Positions 29,470-39,772 of a stretch of DNA of 64,000 nt are shown here, in pieces. The position numbers were made by a program, and so were the translations under genes. The notes under the pieces were generated by a model. The model worked only from the letters and a program-made list of their open reading frames with translations. It had not been told where the DNA came from and searched no databases. Origin of the DNA: an uncultured delta proteobacterium (GTDB lineage: Bacteria; Desulfobacterota; Binatia; HRBIN30; BPIQ01); NCBI GenBank assembly GCA_963761335.1, contig CAVXGR010000011.1:96001-160000 (forward strand), given 5' to 3'. Positions within the stretch are counted from its first letter, which is position 1. Each line of letters starts with the position of its first letter.

Positions 29470-29610
29470 ATGGACTCAGCATATCCGAACACGAGCCTTT
29501 GGAAGGACCCTCCGGCAAATCTGCCCCTGATCGGCTTCGTCGTGGGGACAGCTCTGAGCTGCTTTCTGTGGGTACTCGTCGGCTGGGGCGCCTGGGTCCT
29601 GATTCACTGA
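29470..29610 (+). CDS. 46-aa single-pass membrane peptide (below ORF-track cutoff)
   Basis: GGAGG RBS; MDSAYPNTSLWKDPPANLPLIGFVVGTALSCFLWVLVGWGAWVLIH*; followed by a strong hairpin. Confidence 0.6.
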   Translation: MDSAYPNTSLWKDPPANLPLIGFVVGTALSCFLWVLVGWGAWVLIH

Positions 29611-29640
29611 GCCTCCTCTTCGTACCCTCTCTTTCCCCCC

Positions 29641-29683
29641 TTCCGCTCACCGTCTGGATCCCGTGTCCGGACGGTGAGCGGAA
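29641..29683. terminator. 18-bp stem hairpin between convergent genes
   Basis: ttccgctcaccgtctgga-N7-tccggacggtgagcggaa. Confidence 0.6.
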
Positions 29684-29691
29684 CTCTCAGC

Positions 29692-30348
29692 TCATCCGGG
29701 GAACAGAACCAGACGCCGCGAGCGCGTCTCGCCGAGGCGCTCGAGGAACTCCTCTCGGCCGATGCTGCGGGCTCCGAGTCTCTGCATGTGCGGCGTGAGC
29801 ATCTGGATGTCGATCCAGTCGAGGCCGCGCCCCCGCAGGTGCTCGACCAAATGGAGCAGAGCGAGCTTGGAGGCGTTCGGCTCGCGATAGAACATACTCT
29901 CTGCAGCGAAGGCGCCGTCGACGTCGACACCGTAGATGCCGCCGGCGAGGCGGCGATCGATCCAGGCCTCGGCGCTGTGTGCCACACCCATGCGGTGCAG
30001 GCGGACGTAAGCGGCGGCGATCTCAGCGGTGATCCATGTCCCCCCCTGGCCGGGTCGGGGCGCCGCCGCGCAGGCGCGGATGACGGCGGCAAACGAGGCG
30101 TCAATGGTGAAGCGGAAGCGGCTCTGCCGCCGGGCGCGCTCCAAGCTGCGCGGCAGGTGCAGCTGCGAGAGCTCGAGGATCCCGCGCTCCGGCGGGCAGA
30201 ACCAGAGAAGCGGCATCCCCTCCGCCGGCCATGGGAAGATGCCCTGCCGATAGGCGAGCAAGAGGGTCTGCGGGTGGAGGTCACCGCCGACGCCGACGAT
30301 CCCTTCGGGAGAAGCGGAGCGCGGATCGGGAAAGCGAAGGACCGGCAT
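29692..30348 (-). CDS. aat: Leucyl/phenylalanyl-tRNA--protein transferase
   Basis: GGDL....LL.AY.QGIFPW, TWIT, AHSAEAW, GGIYGV, ESMF, NASK.AL. Confidence 0.95.
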   Translation of the reverse strand: MPVLRFPDPRSASPEGIVGVGGDLHPQTLLLAYRQGIFPWPAEGMPLLWFCPPERGILELSQLHLPRSLERARRQSRFRFTIDASFAAVIRACAAAPRPGQGGTWITAEIAAAYVRLHRMGVAHSAEAWIDRRLAGGIYGVDVDGAFAAESMFYREPNASKLALLHLVEHLRGRGLDWIDIQMLTPHMQRLGARSIGREEFLERLGETRSRRLVLFPG

Positions 30349-30454
30349 GGGCGCCCGCACCTTAACGCTTTCTGCCTGGAAGGGCGAAGCTCGACCGAGA
30401 GAGAGGGCGAGCTGCGTCACCACCCGCGGGCTGTTGCATATCCCCGCAGCCGAG

Positions 30455-31578
30455 GAGGTTATCTCAAAAGCTTCAAGGCAATTCCCGCCGGCTCGCGAGC
30501 ACGCAAACACTGCCGGCGGGAACGCCGGCTTTGGCTGCAAGATGCGGAAGTGCTACAGGATTCGCCCCGATCTCCGCCGTCTTCGAGTTGTTGGCGTCCA
30601 CGATGCGCACCACCGCCTCGCCCGTCGTCAGCCCGATCGTCGACTGGGTCACGATCCCCGGCATGTCGTCCGCCGTGCACGGCATGCCGTCCGGTCCCAG
30701 CTGCGAGGGCTGGCCGCTCTGGATCACCCCGATCTTGATCGGCAGGCTCACCACCGCATCCCCGCCCCGAAGGTGCCGAGCTGGGTCACCACCCGCGGGC
30801 TGTTGCATATCCCTGGGTGAGACGGGGCTGGCGGCGTTCGGGTCGCACGGCTGCCCTTCCTTGCAGGCCATCGAGATGCTGCCGTCCGGCAGCACCGAGG
30901 TGTTGGTGCAGGTGGCGTCGTCGGGCAGACCGATCGTCGGACCGCTGTTGCCGAATGCCCCCGGCTTGGTGTCGTGATCCTGCACGATCAGCAGGTCGCG
31001 GTTGCTCGCCCCGCCGTCACAGTCGATGCTGCCCATACCGTCGCCGGTGAGGGTGACGCAGGCGGTGCCGACGCCGGTGACCTCCACCGGATCGAGCTGC
31101 ACGGAGGACTGCGGCACCACGATGGGCGCCACGCCGTTGCCGTCCGGGGCGCCGATCTCCATCTCGAAGGAGCCGGCAAGCGCCAGACCCAGCTGGCTGA
31201 ACTTGGTCTGCAGGAAGGCGCAGCTCCCCTGCGGCGGGTTGGAGTTGCAGGCGTTGCAGTCGAGGTTCTGCGTGCACGCCTGTCCCGCCTTCGGCCCGCC
31301 ACTGCAGCTGTTCGACACGCAGGTGCCGCCACCAGGCGCCAGCTGTACGACCACCGTGCCGATTGCCGCTCCTGGAGTCGCAGTCTCGGTCGCCGTCTGG
31401 GTGATGGTGCCGGTCGCCGTCGGCAGCGGCGTCTCGGTGATGGTGCCGGTGGCTGTCGGCACCGGGGTGTCGGTGACGGTGGCGGTAACCGTCACGGTCA
31501 CCGTGCTCGTCCGCGTCGTGGTCACGGTTGCCGTCGACGTCTCCGTCGCCGTGGGAGTCGCGGTTTTTGAGAAGCCTC
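30455..31578. mobile_element. Non-autonomous TIR element carrying captured DNA (Pack-MITE-like)
   Basis: TIRs GAGGTTATCTCAAAA / TTTTTGAGAAGCCTC; GAG on both flanks (30452-30454, 31579-31581); left end homologous to the MITEs at 20647 and 25164. Confidence 0.65.
30556..31562 (-). pseudogene. Internal fragment of a secreted Thr/Pro-repeat, Cys-rich protein
   Basis: TATPTATE... linker, CSGGPKAGQAC, GPDGMPCTADD; no signal peptide or credible start; interrupted by a 37-bp copy of flanking DNA. Confidence 0.7.
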
Positions 31579-31910
31579 GAGGCCCCGGCAAGAGCCGGTA
31601 AGATTTTGCGAGCTATTCGGCTTCTATCGTGGTCAACGTTTTTTTGAACGAAATGAACGTCACCGCGGCGGCGCATCTGCGGCACGCAACACGATGCCGG
31701 CTTTGGCTGCAAGATGCGGAAGTGCTAGAGAATGTCTCACGGCAGCGGTGCCGGCACGACCGCCGATCGACTTCCGACAGCCTTTCCCCGTCGTCGCGAA
31801 GCGACACCGATTCCGCGAGAAGTCCGAACACATTCGGTTGACGAGATTCCAACAATGAGGTTGATAACATCGCCCCTGCGAGGGCGCGGCTCCAAAGGAG
31901 AGAGAAAGCA

Positions 31911-32834
31911 ATGACTGAGCGCACGCGTGAGATCCTGAGCTGGTACGGCAGCGACAACCCGGGAACCCGGACGAACATCGCGCGGCTGCTCAACCACGGC
32001 CGCCTTGGAGGCACGGGACGGCTCGTCATCCTTCCCGTGGATCAGGGGTTCGAGCACGGTCCGGCGCGCAGCTTCGCGCCCAATCCGCCCGCCTACAACC
32101 CTCACTACCACTTCGATCTGGCCCTGGAGGCGGGATGCAACGGCTACGCCGCGCCTCTCGGGTTCCTGGAGGCGGGCGCCGCCGACTACGCCGGCGAGCT
32201 GCCGCTGATCCTGAAGCTCAACAACTCCGATTCCCTCTACTCGGGCAAGGACCCGTGTCCGGCGCTCACCGGCAGCGTCGACGACGCCCTGCGCCTCGGT
32301 TGCGTCGCCATCGGCTTCACCATCTATCCGGGATCGGCTCTGCGCAACGACATGTACGGCGAGATCCGCGTGCTCGCCGAGGAAGCCAAGCGCAAGGGGC
32401 TGGCAGTGGTGGTCTGGTCGTATCCCCGGGGCGCGGCTCTCTCGAAGGAAGGGGAAACCGCCATTGACATCGTCTGCTATGCGGCACAGATCGCCGCGCA
32501 GCTGGGCGCGCACCTGATCAAGGTAAAGCCGCCGACGGCGCACATCGACCAGGACGCGGCGAAGAAGGTGTACGAGAAGTACAAGGTGCCGATCGGAACG
32601 CTCGCCGAGCGCGTCCGCCACGTCGTGCAGAGCGCCTTCGACGGCCGCCGCATCGTCATCTTCTCCGGAGGCGAGGCGAAGGAAACCGACGCGATCTTCG
32701 ACGAGGTCCGCGCCATCCGCGACGGCGGCGGCTTCGGCTCGATCATCGGGCGCAACTCGTTCCAGCGCCCGCGCGAAGAGGCCGTGAAGTTCCTGCAGAC
32801 GGTAATGGACATCTACGCCGGCAAGGCGAAGTGA
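31911..32834 (+). CDS. fbaB: Class I fructose-bisphosphate aldolase
   Basis: ILPVDQGFEHGP, GFTIYPGS, WSYPRG, GAHLIKVK, GSIIGRNSFQRP. Confidence 0.93.
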   Translation: MTERTREILSWYGSDNPGTRTNIARLLNHGRLGGTGRLVILPVDQGFEHGPARSFAPNPPAYNPHYHFDLALEAGCNGYAAPLGFLEAGAADYAGELPLILKLNNSDSLYSGKDPCPALTGSVDDALRLGCVAIGFTIYPGSALRNDMYGEIRVLAEEAKRKGLAVVVWSYPRGAALSKEGETAIDIVCYAAQIAAQLGAHLIKVKPPTAHIDQDAAKKVYEKYKVPIGTLAERVRHVVQSAFDGRRIVIFSGGEAKETDAIFDEVRAIRDGGGFGSIIGRNSFQRPREEAVKFLQTVMDIYAGKAK

Positions 32835-32881
32835 GCGACGCCAGAGCACGACCCGATCATTCGAGCGAAAGGATTTGACCC

Positions 32882-33877
32882 ATGCACATTGAACCACTGC
32901 TGTCGCGCGAGTTCCTCCGCGTCGTCGAGGAGGCCGCCGTGGCCGCCGCCCGCACCATGGGCCAGGGCGACCGCAAGCATGCCGACCACGTCGCCGTCGA
33001 GGCGATGCGCAAGGCCATGGACACCCTTCCGATGCGCGGCACCGTGGTCATCGGCGAAGGCGAGCGCGACGAGGCACCGATGCTCTTCATCGGCGAGAAG
33101 GTCGGCCGCGCCCAGGAAGGCGACCCCGAGGTGGCAATCGCCGTCGATCCCCTGGAGGGGACCAATCTCTGCGCTACCGGATCTCCCGGTGCGATCGCGG
33201 TGCTGGCCGCTTCCCCGAAAGGTGGGCTGCTCGAGGCGCCGGACTGCTACATGGAAAAGATCATCGTCGGTCCGGCCGCCAAGGGCCACGTGCATCTCGA
33301 CGCCGGCGTGGCGGAGAACCTGCGGGCAATCGCCTCCTGCCTGCACCGCGCCGTCACCGACCTGGTGGTCATTGTCCTCGATCGGCCGCGCCACGAGAAG
33401 CTGATCAGCGAGATCCGCACCGCCGGAGCCCGCATCCGCCTGATCTCGGACGGCGATCTTTCCGCAGGCATCTCCGCCGCGGTGCGCGGCACCAACGTGC
33501 ACGCGGTCATGGGCACCGGCGGCGCTCCGGAAGGGGTGCTCACCGCCGCCGCCCTGCGCTGCCTGAACGGCGGCATGGAGGGCCGGCTGGTCCCTTTCAA
33601 GCCGGGCGCCGAAGAGCGCCAGAAGTTCGAGAAGCGGCTGGCGAGCATGCGGATCACCGATGCCAACCGCATCTACTCGGAGAGGGACCTGGCGCCCGCC
33701 TCCGAGATCATCTTCGCCGCCTCGGGAGTGACCGACGGCGCCATGCTGCGCGGCGTCCGCTTTTTCGGCCACGGGCACCGCACCAACTCGCTGCTGATCT
33801 CGCTGCGCGACCGCATGGTGCGCTTCGTCGACACCGTGCACCTCACCGACGCGCCCGGTGCCGTGGTCGAGTTCTGA
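32882..33877 (+). CDS. glpX: Class II fructose-1,6-bisphosphatase
   Basis: [44 protein letters not shown]. Confidence 0.96.
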   Translation: MHIEPLLSREFLRVVEEAAVAAARTMGQGDRKHADHVAVEAMRKAMDTLPMRGTVVIGEGERDEAPMLFIGEKVGRAQEGDPEVAIAVDPLEGTNLCATGSPGAIAVLAASPKGGLLEAPDCYMEKIIVGPAAKGHVHLDAGVAENLRAIASCLHRAVTDLVVIVLDRPRHEKLISEIRTAGARIRLISDGDLSAGISAAVRGTNVHAVMGTGGAPEGVLTAAALRCLNGGMEGRLVPFKPGAEERQKFEKRLASMRITDANRIYSERDLAPASEIIFAASGVTDGAMLRGVRFFGHGHRTNSLLISLRDRMVRFVDTVHLTDAPGAVVEF

Positions 33878-33881
33878 GTCG

Positions 33882-35111
33882 ATGTCGAAAGCGGCGCCCA
33901 GCGACGCCGGTGTGACCCGCGGCCGCGACCTGGAGGCGTTGAAGGCGCGTGTCTGTGCGCGGGTCGATGCCGAGGCCGCCGCGCTCACCGAGCTGAGCGC
34001 CCGCATCCACGCCTCCCCCGAGCTCAAGTTCGACGAGCACCGCGCCTCGGCGTGGCTGGCCGACTACCTCGAGAGCGCCGGCTTTGCGGTGCAGAGAGGC
34101 GCCTGCGGAATGCCGACGGCGTTCGTCGCTCGCCTCGGCAGCGGCGCACCGAAGGTGGCGGTGCTCTGCGAGTACGATGCCCTGCCGGGCATCGGCCACG
34201 CCTGCGGGCACAACATCATCGCCACCGCGGGCGCCGGTGCCGGCGCCGCCCTGGCCACCGTCTTGGCGCAGATCGGCGGCTCGGTGCTGGTGCTCGGCAC
34301 GCCGGCGGAAGAGGGCGGCGGCGGCAAGATCCTCATGGCCCGCCAGGGCGCCTTCGACGGCGTCGATGCGGCGATGATGGTGCATCCGGCCGGCCTCGAC
34401 CTGGTGTCCATGAAAGTATTGGCGATCAGCCAGCTCCAGGTGGTCTATCGCGGCCGCGCCGCACACGCCTCGGCATTCCCGCATCACGGCATCAACGCCC
34501 TCGACGCCATGGTCACCGCATACGGCGCCGTCGCCCAGCTGCGCCAGCACATCCGCCCCACGGAGCGCATTCACGGCATCATCACCGACGGCGGCCAGGC
34601 GCCCAACGTCGTGCCGGAGCGGGCCGCCGGAGTCTTCTACATTCGCGCCGCCAACGAGCGTCATCTGGAAGTGTTGAAGAAACGCGTGCAGGCCTGCTTC
34701 GAGGCCGGCGCCCTGGCCACCGGAGCGCAGCTGGAGATGGACAGCACCGAGCCCGACTACGCCGACATGGTGACCAACGGTCCCCTCGCCGCGGCGTACG
34801 TGGCCAATATGGAGCGCATCGGACGACAGGTCATGGAGCCCAATGATCTGACCAACGCCATCGCCGGCAGCACCGACATGGGAAACGTCAGCAAGATCGC
34901 CCCCTCCATCCACCCGATGATCGCTGCGGCGCCGCTCCATGTGCCCCTGCACTCGGCGGAGTTCGCCGAGTGGGCGGGCTCGGAGAGTGGCCGGCGCGCG
35001 GTCATCGACGGAGCCAAGGCGCTGGCGATGACCGCTGTCGACGTGCTGGCGCGCCCCGAGCTGGCCAGTGCGGTGCGCGAGGCTTTCGAGGCCGCGCGCG
35101 AGCCGCGCTAG
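33882..35111 (+). CDS. M20-family amidohydrolase (AbgB/ACY1L2-like)
   Basis: EYDALPGIGHACGHN, GTPAEEGGGGK, GSTDMGNVS. Confidence 0.9.
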   Translation: MSKAAPSDAGVTRGRDLEALKARVCARVDAEAAALTELSARIHASPELKFDEHRASAWLADYLESAGFAVQRGACGMPTAFVARLGSGAPKVAVLCEYDALPGIGHACGHNIIATAGAGAGAALATVLAQIGGSVLVLGTPAEEGGGGKILMARQGAFDGVDAAMMVHPAGLDLVSMKVLAISQLQVVYRGRAAHASAFPHHGINALDAMVTAYGAVAQLRQHIRPTERIHGIITDGGQAPNVVPERAAGVFYIRAANERHLEVLKKRVQACFEAGALATGAQLEMDSTEPDYADMVTNGPLAAAYVANMERIGRQVMEPNDLTNAIAGSTDMGNVSKIAPSIHPMIAAAPLHVPLHSAEFAEWAGSESGRRAVIDGAKALAMTAVDVLARPELASAVREAFEAAREPR

Positions 35112-35135
35112 AGCCCGGCTCGTCCATGGCGCCGT

Positions 35136-37571
35136 TCACGGCGCCATGGAGAACAGCTCCCCGATCACCTGATTGAGGTCCACGCCGTCGACGTGGCCGT
35201 CGCCGTTGGTATCGGCCGCGCCGCACGCGCCGCTGTTCCCGGCGCCGATGGCGAGCAGCACGCTGGTGACGTCGGCGGCGGAACGCCGGCCGTCGCAGTT
35301 GGCGTCGGCGAGGACTGGCGGCGTCGGACTGACGCTCGGCGAGGCAGAGGAGCTCGGGGTTGCCGAGGCCGTCGGGCTGGGTGAAGCGGTCGAGGTGGGT
35401 GTCGGAGTCGAGGAGGGAATGGGCGTTGAAGTCACCGAGGCGGTAGCGCTGGCCGTCGGCGACGGCGTCGCGGTTGCGGTTTCCGTGGCGGTTCGAGTGA
35501 TCGTCGCGGTTCGCGTCGCCGTCGCTGTCGCCGTCGTCGTCGGTGTCGCGGTGACCGTCACCGTGGCGCTCCCGGTCGGCGTCGGTGTCGAGGTCTTGGT
35601 GCTCGTTGGCGTGATGCTCGGAGTCGCGGTCTCGGTCGGCGTCGGCGTGATCGTTGGCGTCGGCGTCGGTGTCGAGGTCTTGGTGCTCGTTGGCGTGACG
35701 CTCGGAGTCGCGGTCTCGGTCGGCGTCGGCGTGATCGTTGGCGTCGCCGTCGGTGGCTCGGTGCACGGCGCCGTTACGGGCACACTTCTGCACCCGAGGG
35801 TGGGATCACAGGAGTCGGCGGTGCACACCAGCCCGTCGTCGCAGTTCTCGAGCTTGCAGAACGCCGAGCAGCCGTCACAGCTGAGCGGCGTGCCGGTGTT
35901 GTTGTCGCATTCTTCCGGAAACTCGACGGCGTGGTCACCGCAGGTCGGACACGGCAGCAGACAGCTCACCTGATGGTCGGCCGTGCACGGCGGCACCGCG
36001 GCCACCGTCGGCGGCGGCGCGATGTTGCCCAGGGTGACGGCGCCGCCGGGCGGGTAGTCGAGGGAGACCTCGCCGTTCTCACATGCAACTCCTTGGCAAT
36101 TGGACATGGGACCGTGAGCCGAAGTAATCGTGCCGCTGTTGCTGAATGCCTTGCGAGCCGTGAGGGAGATCTGGCCGCCATCCATGCCGACCGTGGTGAT
36201 CGAACCGTCGGCCGACACCGTGAGGTTACAGCCGATCGCCTCGACGTATCCTCCCGCCGAGCATCCGTAGTAGTAGTCGCAGCGCGCCGAGTTGCCGCCG
36301 GCATCGATGGTCCCGGAAATGGCGAGCGAGCCGCGCGTCGACAAAGCCCCGGCCTCGACTGACACGGAGCCGCCGATGGCTCCGAAGTTTCGTCCCAGCG
36401 CAGTGATCGTTCCCTGGACGTCGATATCGCTGCTGGCGCTGATGTCGATGCAGCCGCCTCCGGCGCCGCCGCTGGCGTCGACCGTTCCAAGATGGCTGAA
36501 AGAGGTGTCCGCCTCGATGCAGATCTCTCCGCCGCAGCCGTCAGTGCCGTTGCCGCGCACCGACACCTGTGCCGCCTTCGCGATATTGATGGCGCCGTGC
36601 GCCGTCAAACCGATCTCGCCACCGGGCCCGTCCACCGGCCCACCCTCGGCAGTGATGTTGTTGTCGACGTCGATGTTGCCGAAATCCGCTTCGATGCACA
36701 CGAAGCCGCCGCAGCCGCCGCCGTCCGTCCCGGCGGTGCCGTCGATCTGAAGCTTCGAGAGGAGGTGCACGCCAGTCCCGGCGATAATGTTCGCAGATCC
36801 GCCGCTGCCCGCATCTCCCTCGCCGGTAGCATTCACGCTCGACACCACGGCGCTCTGACCGGCCTCGGCGCAGAAGTTGCCTCCGTCGCTGCCACTCACG
36901 TCGATGGCGGGCGTGCGCAGATCGATCAGGCGCCCGGCGGTGAACTCCACATCGCCGCCGCCGTTGGAGCTGTTGCCGCCGGCGGCGGTGATCGTCGACA
37001 GGGTCGTGCTGGTGATGTCGAGGCCGGCGGTGACCAGAATGGTGCCGCCGTCAGCGGCAGGTATGCGCATGCCGGCATCGAGCTTGCCGAGAATCGACAC
37101 CGAGCCGCCCGCGTCGATGATGATCGTGCCTCCCGAAGAGCGCCCCGACACGTCGATATGACCGGCAGTGGCGCCGGAGGTATTGGAAATGGTGAGGTCG
37201 CCTGTGACCTGAATCTGGACGTAGCCGCCAACGTCGTTGGGAGCGGCGCTATTGCCAATCCCTTCGATGGCGCCGCCGGTGCCCACCGTTAGCTTGCCGG
37301 CCTTGAGCACCATCATCCCGGACCCGATCTTGAGGTTGCCCCCGGAGCCAATGGAGACGATGCGGCTGCCGAAATCGAGCGTGCAGCCGTCGCCGATGTC
37401 ATAGCTATGAGTGATCGAGCAGGTGCCGGTACCGCCAGGGCAGCCGGCCTCCTGGGCGACGATGTCGGCGGCGGTGCAGGCCGTCAGCGCCAGCGCCGGA
37501 CGCGTGCCGGCGACGGCGACGAGCCCCAGCGCCGCCAGCAGCAGCAGCGACGGCCGGCTCACGGCGCGCAT
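35136..37571 (-). CDS. Large secreted protein: Gly-rich beta-helix, Cys-rich repeat, PT linker, dockerin-like C-terminus
   Basis: Signal peptide; GG.I.I.A repeats; CGD..VE..EECD...DGCSAFC; (TP)n; DANCDG...[13 protein letters not shown]. Confidence 0.8.
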   Translation of the reverse strand: MRAVSRPSLLLLAALGLVAVAGTRPALALTACTAADIVAQEAGCPGGTGTCSITHSYDIGDGCTLDFGSRIVSIGSGGNLKIGSGMMVLKAGKLTVGTGGAIEGIGNSAAPNDVGGYVQIQVTGDLTISNTSGATAGHIDVSGRSSGGTIIIDAGGSVSILGKLDAGMRIPAADGGTILVTAGLDITSTTLSTITAAGGNSSNGGGDVEFTAGRLIDLRTPAIDVSGSDGGNFCAEAGQSAVVSSVNATGEGDAGSGGSANIIAGTGVHLLSKLQIDGTAGTDGGGCGGFVCIEADFGNIDVDNNITAEGGPVDGPGGEIGLTAHGAINIAKAAQVSVRGNGTDGCGGEICIEADTSFSHLGTVDASGGAGGGCIDISASSDIDVQGTITALGRNFGAIGGSVSVEAGALSTRGSLAISGTIDAGGNSARCDYYYGCSAGGYVEAIGCNLTVSADGSITTVGMDGGQISLTARKAFSNSGTITSAHGPMSNCQGVACENGEVSLDYPPGGAVTLGNIAPPPTVAAVPPCTADHQVSCLLPCPTCGDHAVEFPEECDNNTGTPLSCDGCSAFCKLENCDDGLVCTADSCDPTLGCRSVPVTAPCTEPPTATPTITPTPTETATPSVTPTSTKTSTPTPTPTITPTPTETATPSITPTSTKTSTPTPTGSATVTVTATPTTTATATATRTATITRTATETATATPSPTASATASVTSTPIPSSTPTPTSTASPSPTASATPSSSASPSVSPTPPVLADANCDGRRSAADVTSVLLAIGAGNSGACGAADTNGDGHVDGVDLNQVIGELFSMAP
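35581..35748. repeat. 84-bp tandem duplication in the PT linker
   Basis: Two near-identical units encoding [15 protein letters not shown](V/I)[10 protein letters not shown]. Confidence 0.85.
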
Positions 37572-38524
37572 GGCACACCCCCGATCTCACACTGCACTGT
37601 CTGCCGCTGCTGCCCCGTGCCCTGGTTGCCCGTACCCTGGTTGCCGCCCCCGTCCTCCATCCCCGCGCCCCACACCAGTATCCCGTTCCGCCCGTTGTCC
37701 TCCGCCCGGTTGCCCTGCAGCCGCAGATCCCCCCCCATCCCCCAGATCCCGTCGGTGCCGTTCTCCACCGCCGTGCATCCCTCCACGTCCATGTTCATCG
37801 CGTTCAGCTGCACCCCCGCCTTGCCGCTCCCCATCGCCTGGCAGTCCAGCAGCCGATGCCCCGAGCCCATGATGTGAAACCCCGAGTCCTTGCTCCCCAC
37901 CGCCTCCGCGCCGGCGTTCGTCTCCCCCAGCTGCCCGTCCTGCCCGAGCACGAAGTACCCGTACCTGCCGCTCCCCACCGCCCGTGTCGTGCTCAGCCAG
38001 AACCCCTTCCCCCGCAGCCAGAAACCGTCCTGTCCCGAGTCCCACACCTCTGTTTCGCGGATCTCGTAGTCCGAAGAGAACACCCGGATGCCGTCCCGCC
38101 CGCTGTGCGTCACCACCAGATCGGCGATCACCGACACCGCGTTCGCCCCGTGCGCCGACACCCCGTCGTGAAAGCCGTCGATCAGCGCCGGACCGTTGCT
38201 GCTCAAAAGCCGCGCCCCGCTCGGCCCTCCGTAGATCAGCCACACCCCCGAGCCCCGCCCGCTGCCGTGCAGCGCGTGCCCGTGCAGATCCACCGTCACG
38301 ACCTTCGCCCCGCTCCCGGCGCGTACGATCAGCCCGTTGCCCGGGCACACCGTCGTGGTCACCGGGTCGTCCCCCAACACCACGTCGCTCGCCACCACGT
38401 CGCCGCATGCACACGGCACGTCGCGCCCCCCCACGTCGTCGCCGCACAGCTTCGCCTCGCTGATTCCCGCGGCGAGAAGCAGGAGTGCAGCCACGGACAG
38501 TCCCAGCCTCAATTGCGTTCGCAT
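37559..38524 (-). CDS. Secreted right-handed beta-helix (NosD/PbH1-like) protein
   Basis: Signal peptide, CACGD motif, repeated SG.DG/NG..GI turns. Confidence 0.75.
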   Translation of the reverse strand: MRTQLRLGLSVAALLLLAAGISEAKLCGDDVGGRDVPCACGDVVASDVVLGDDPVTTTVCPGNGLIVRAGSGAKVVTVDLHGHALHGSGRGSGVWLIYGGPSGARLLSSNGPALIDGFHDGVSAHGANAVSVIADLVVTHSGRDGIRVFSSDYEIRETEVWDSGQDGFWLRGKGFWLSTTRAVGSGRYGYFVLGQDGQLGETNAGAEAVGSKDSGFHIMGSGHRLLDCQAMGSGKAGVQLNAMNMDVEGCTAVENGTDGIWGMGGDLRLQGNRAEDNGRNGILVWGAGMEDGGGNQGTGNQGTGQQRQTVQCEIGGVPCAP

Positions 38525-38670
38525 CGTCACATGTACCCCACTACTTCCGCCCCCAGCCCCACGGCGACCGACCGCGTCCGCTGCTGCAAATCGCGATGAG
38601 GTGCCACGGCGCGTTGACGTTGTGTTTACGAGAAGAGTTGATCGCCTCGCTCGCGGCCCCGGATCATCCG

Positions 38671-38699
38671 AGGCTAATTCGACAAGCAACAGCTGTCAA
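38671..38699 (-). promoter_or_regulatory. Sigma-70-type promoter
   Basis: TTGACA-N17-TAGCCT on the minus strand upstream of the beta-helix operon. Confidence 0.6.
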
Positions 38700-38776
38700 T
38701 CATCGATCACCGGCGCGCTTTGCCTTGCCTGTTGCGGCGTGACATGTGCTGGGCACGGGCAGGGCGCGGGAGCTCC

Positions 38777-39631
38777 CTAGCGATCGCTCCGCTTCTCGGC
38801 GAGGACCTGGCGCGCCTTTGCGGCGACCGCGGCGACCAGATGCCCCATCTTTGGGTGCTCGGGCTCGACGTCGACGGGCATGCCGTGGCGCCGCACGGCG
38901 TCGCTGCAGATAGGGCCGATGGAGGCGACCAGGACGCGCCGGACGGCGGCGCGCAGCGGCGCCGACAGTTGGGTCTCTGCGGCGATGCGAACGACGTGCT
39001 CCACCTGCGTGGCGCTGGTGAAGAGAACGGCGTCGGCGCCGCCGCCGGCGAGCAGGCGCACCGCTTCTCGCAGCGGCCCGGTATCCTCCGGGAGCTCCCA
39101 ACGATACACGGGAACCCGCAGCACCTCGGCGCCGCGTTGCTCGAGGCCGCGGAGTAGCTCCTCGTTGGTCACGCCGTACTCCTGAACGGCGACCCGCCGT
39201 CCGGCGAGCGGCACAGCGGCATCGAGCGACGCCAGCAGATCGCGCCAGGTGTTCGGCTCGGGCACGGTGAGCTGTGGCCGCAGCCCGAGCTCCCGCAACG
39301 CCGCCACCGGCTTGGGTCCGCGGGCGACGAGCACGAGGCGGCTCAGCAGCTCCGCCAGCCGCGCCGGCGGAACCGTCTCTGCGGCCGCTTGTGCCAAGGC
39401 GCGCATGCCGACGCCCGTCAGCGCGATCAAGACGTCGAGGGCACCGGCCTCGAGACGCGCCAGAAAGTCGGCGACCGCAGAAGCGTCGCGCAGCGGCACC
39501 TCGCGCATCGAAGGCGCCACCACGGGAACCCCTCCATGGCGGCGAATCAGCTCCGCCATCTCCGCACCCCGCCGGCTCTCGAAAGACACGACGGTGAGTC
39601 CCTGCAAAGCTCCCGCTGCGACGCTCGCCAT
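38777..39631 (-). CDS. hemD: Uroporphyrinogen-III synthase
   Basis: ESRR..EMA.LI...GG....APSMREVP, ARGPKP, EPNTW, FTSATQV, SIGPIC, HPKMG. Confidence 0.88.
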   Translation of the reverse strand: MASVAAGALQGLTVVSFESRRGAEMAELIRRHGGVPVVAPSMREVPLRDASAVADFLARLEAGALDVLIALTGVGMRALAQAAAETVPPARLAELLSRLVLVARGPKPVAALRELGLRPQLTVPEPNTWRDLLASLDAAVPLAGRRVAVQEYGVTNEELLRGLEQRGAEVLRVPVYRWELPEDTGPLREAVRLLAGGGADAVLFTSATQVEHVVRIAAETQLSAPLRAAVRRVLVASIGPICSDAVRRHGMPVDVEPEHPKMGHLVAAVAAKARQVLAEKRSDR

Positions 39632-39772
39632 GATCGCAACGATTGAATGGCGCCGCCGCCCCGGTCAACCCCTCCTTCTTCCGCGCCCGCGCCCCTGCCC
39701 GGTCCCCCCCCGGCCCGCCACCGGAAGACGGGCGCAGGCGCGGAGGAGAGCGGATGTGCTATTCGGCTCCGC

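Noticed and set aside
30531..30546. Sigma-54 motif in the duplicated 32-mer (TGGCTGCAAGATGC)
   Set aside because: GG-GC spacing is one base short of the -24/-12 consensus
30473..31591. 372-aa ORF as an intact gene
   Set aside because: No RBS or signal peptide, begins inside a terminal repeat and ends in copied flank DNA; treated as a captured fragment
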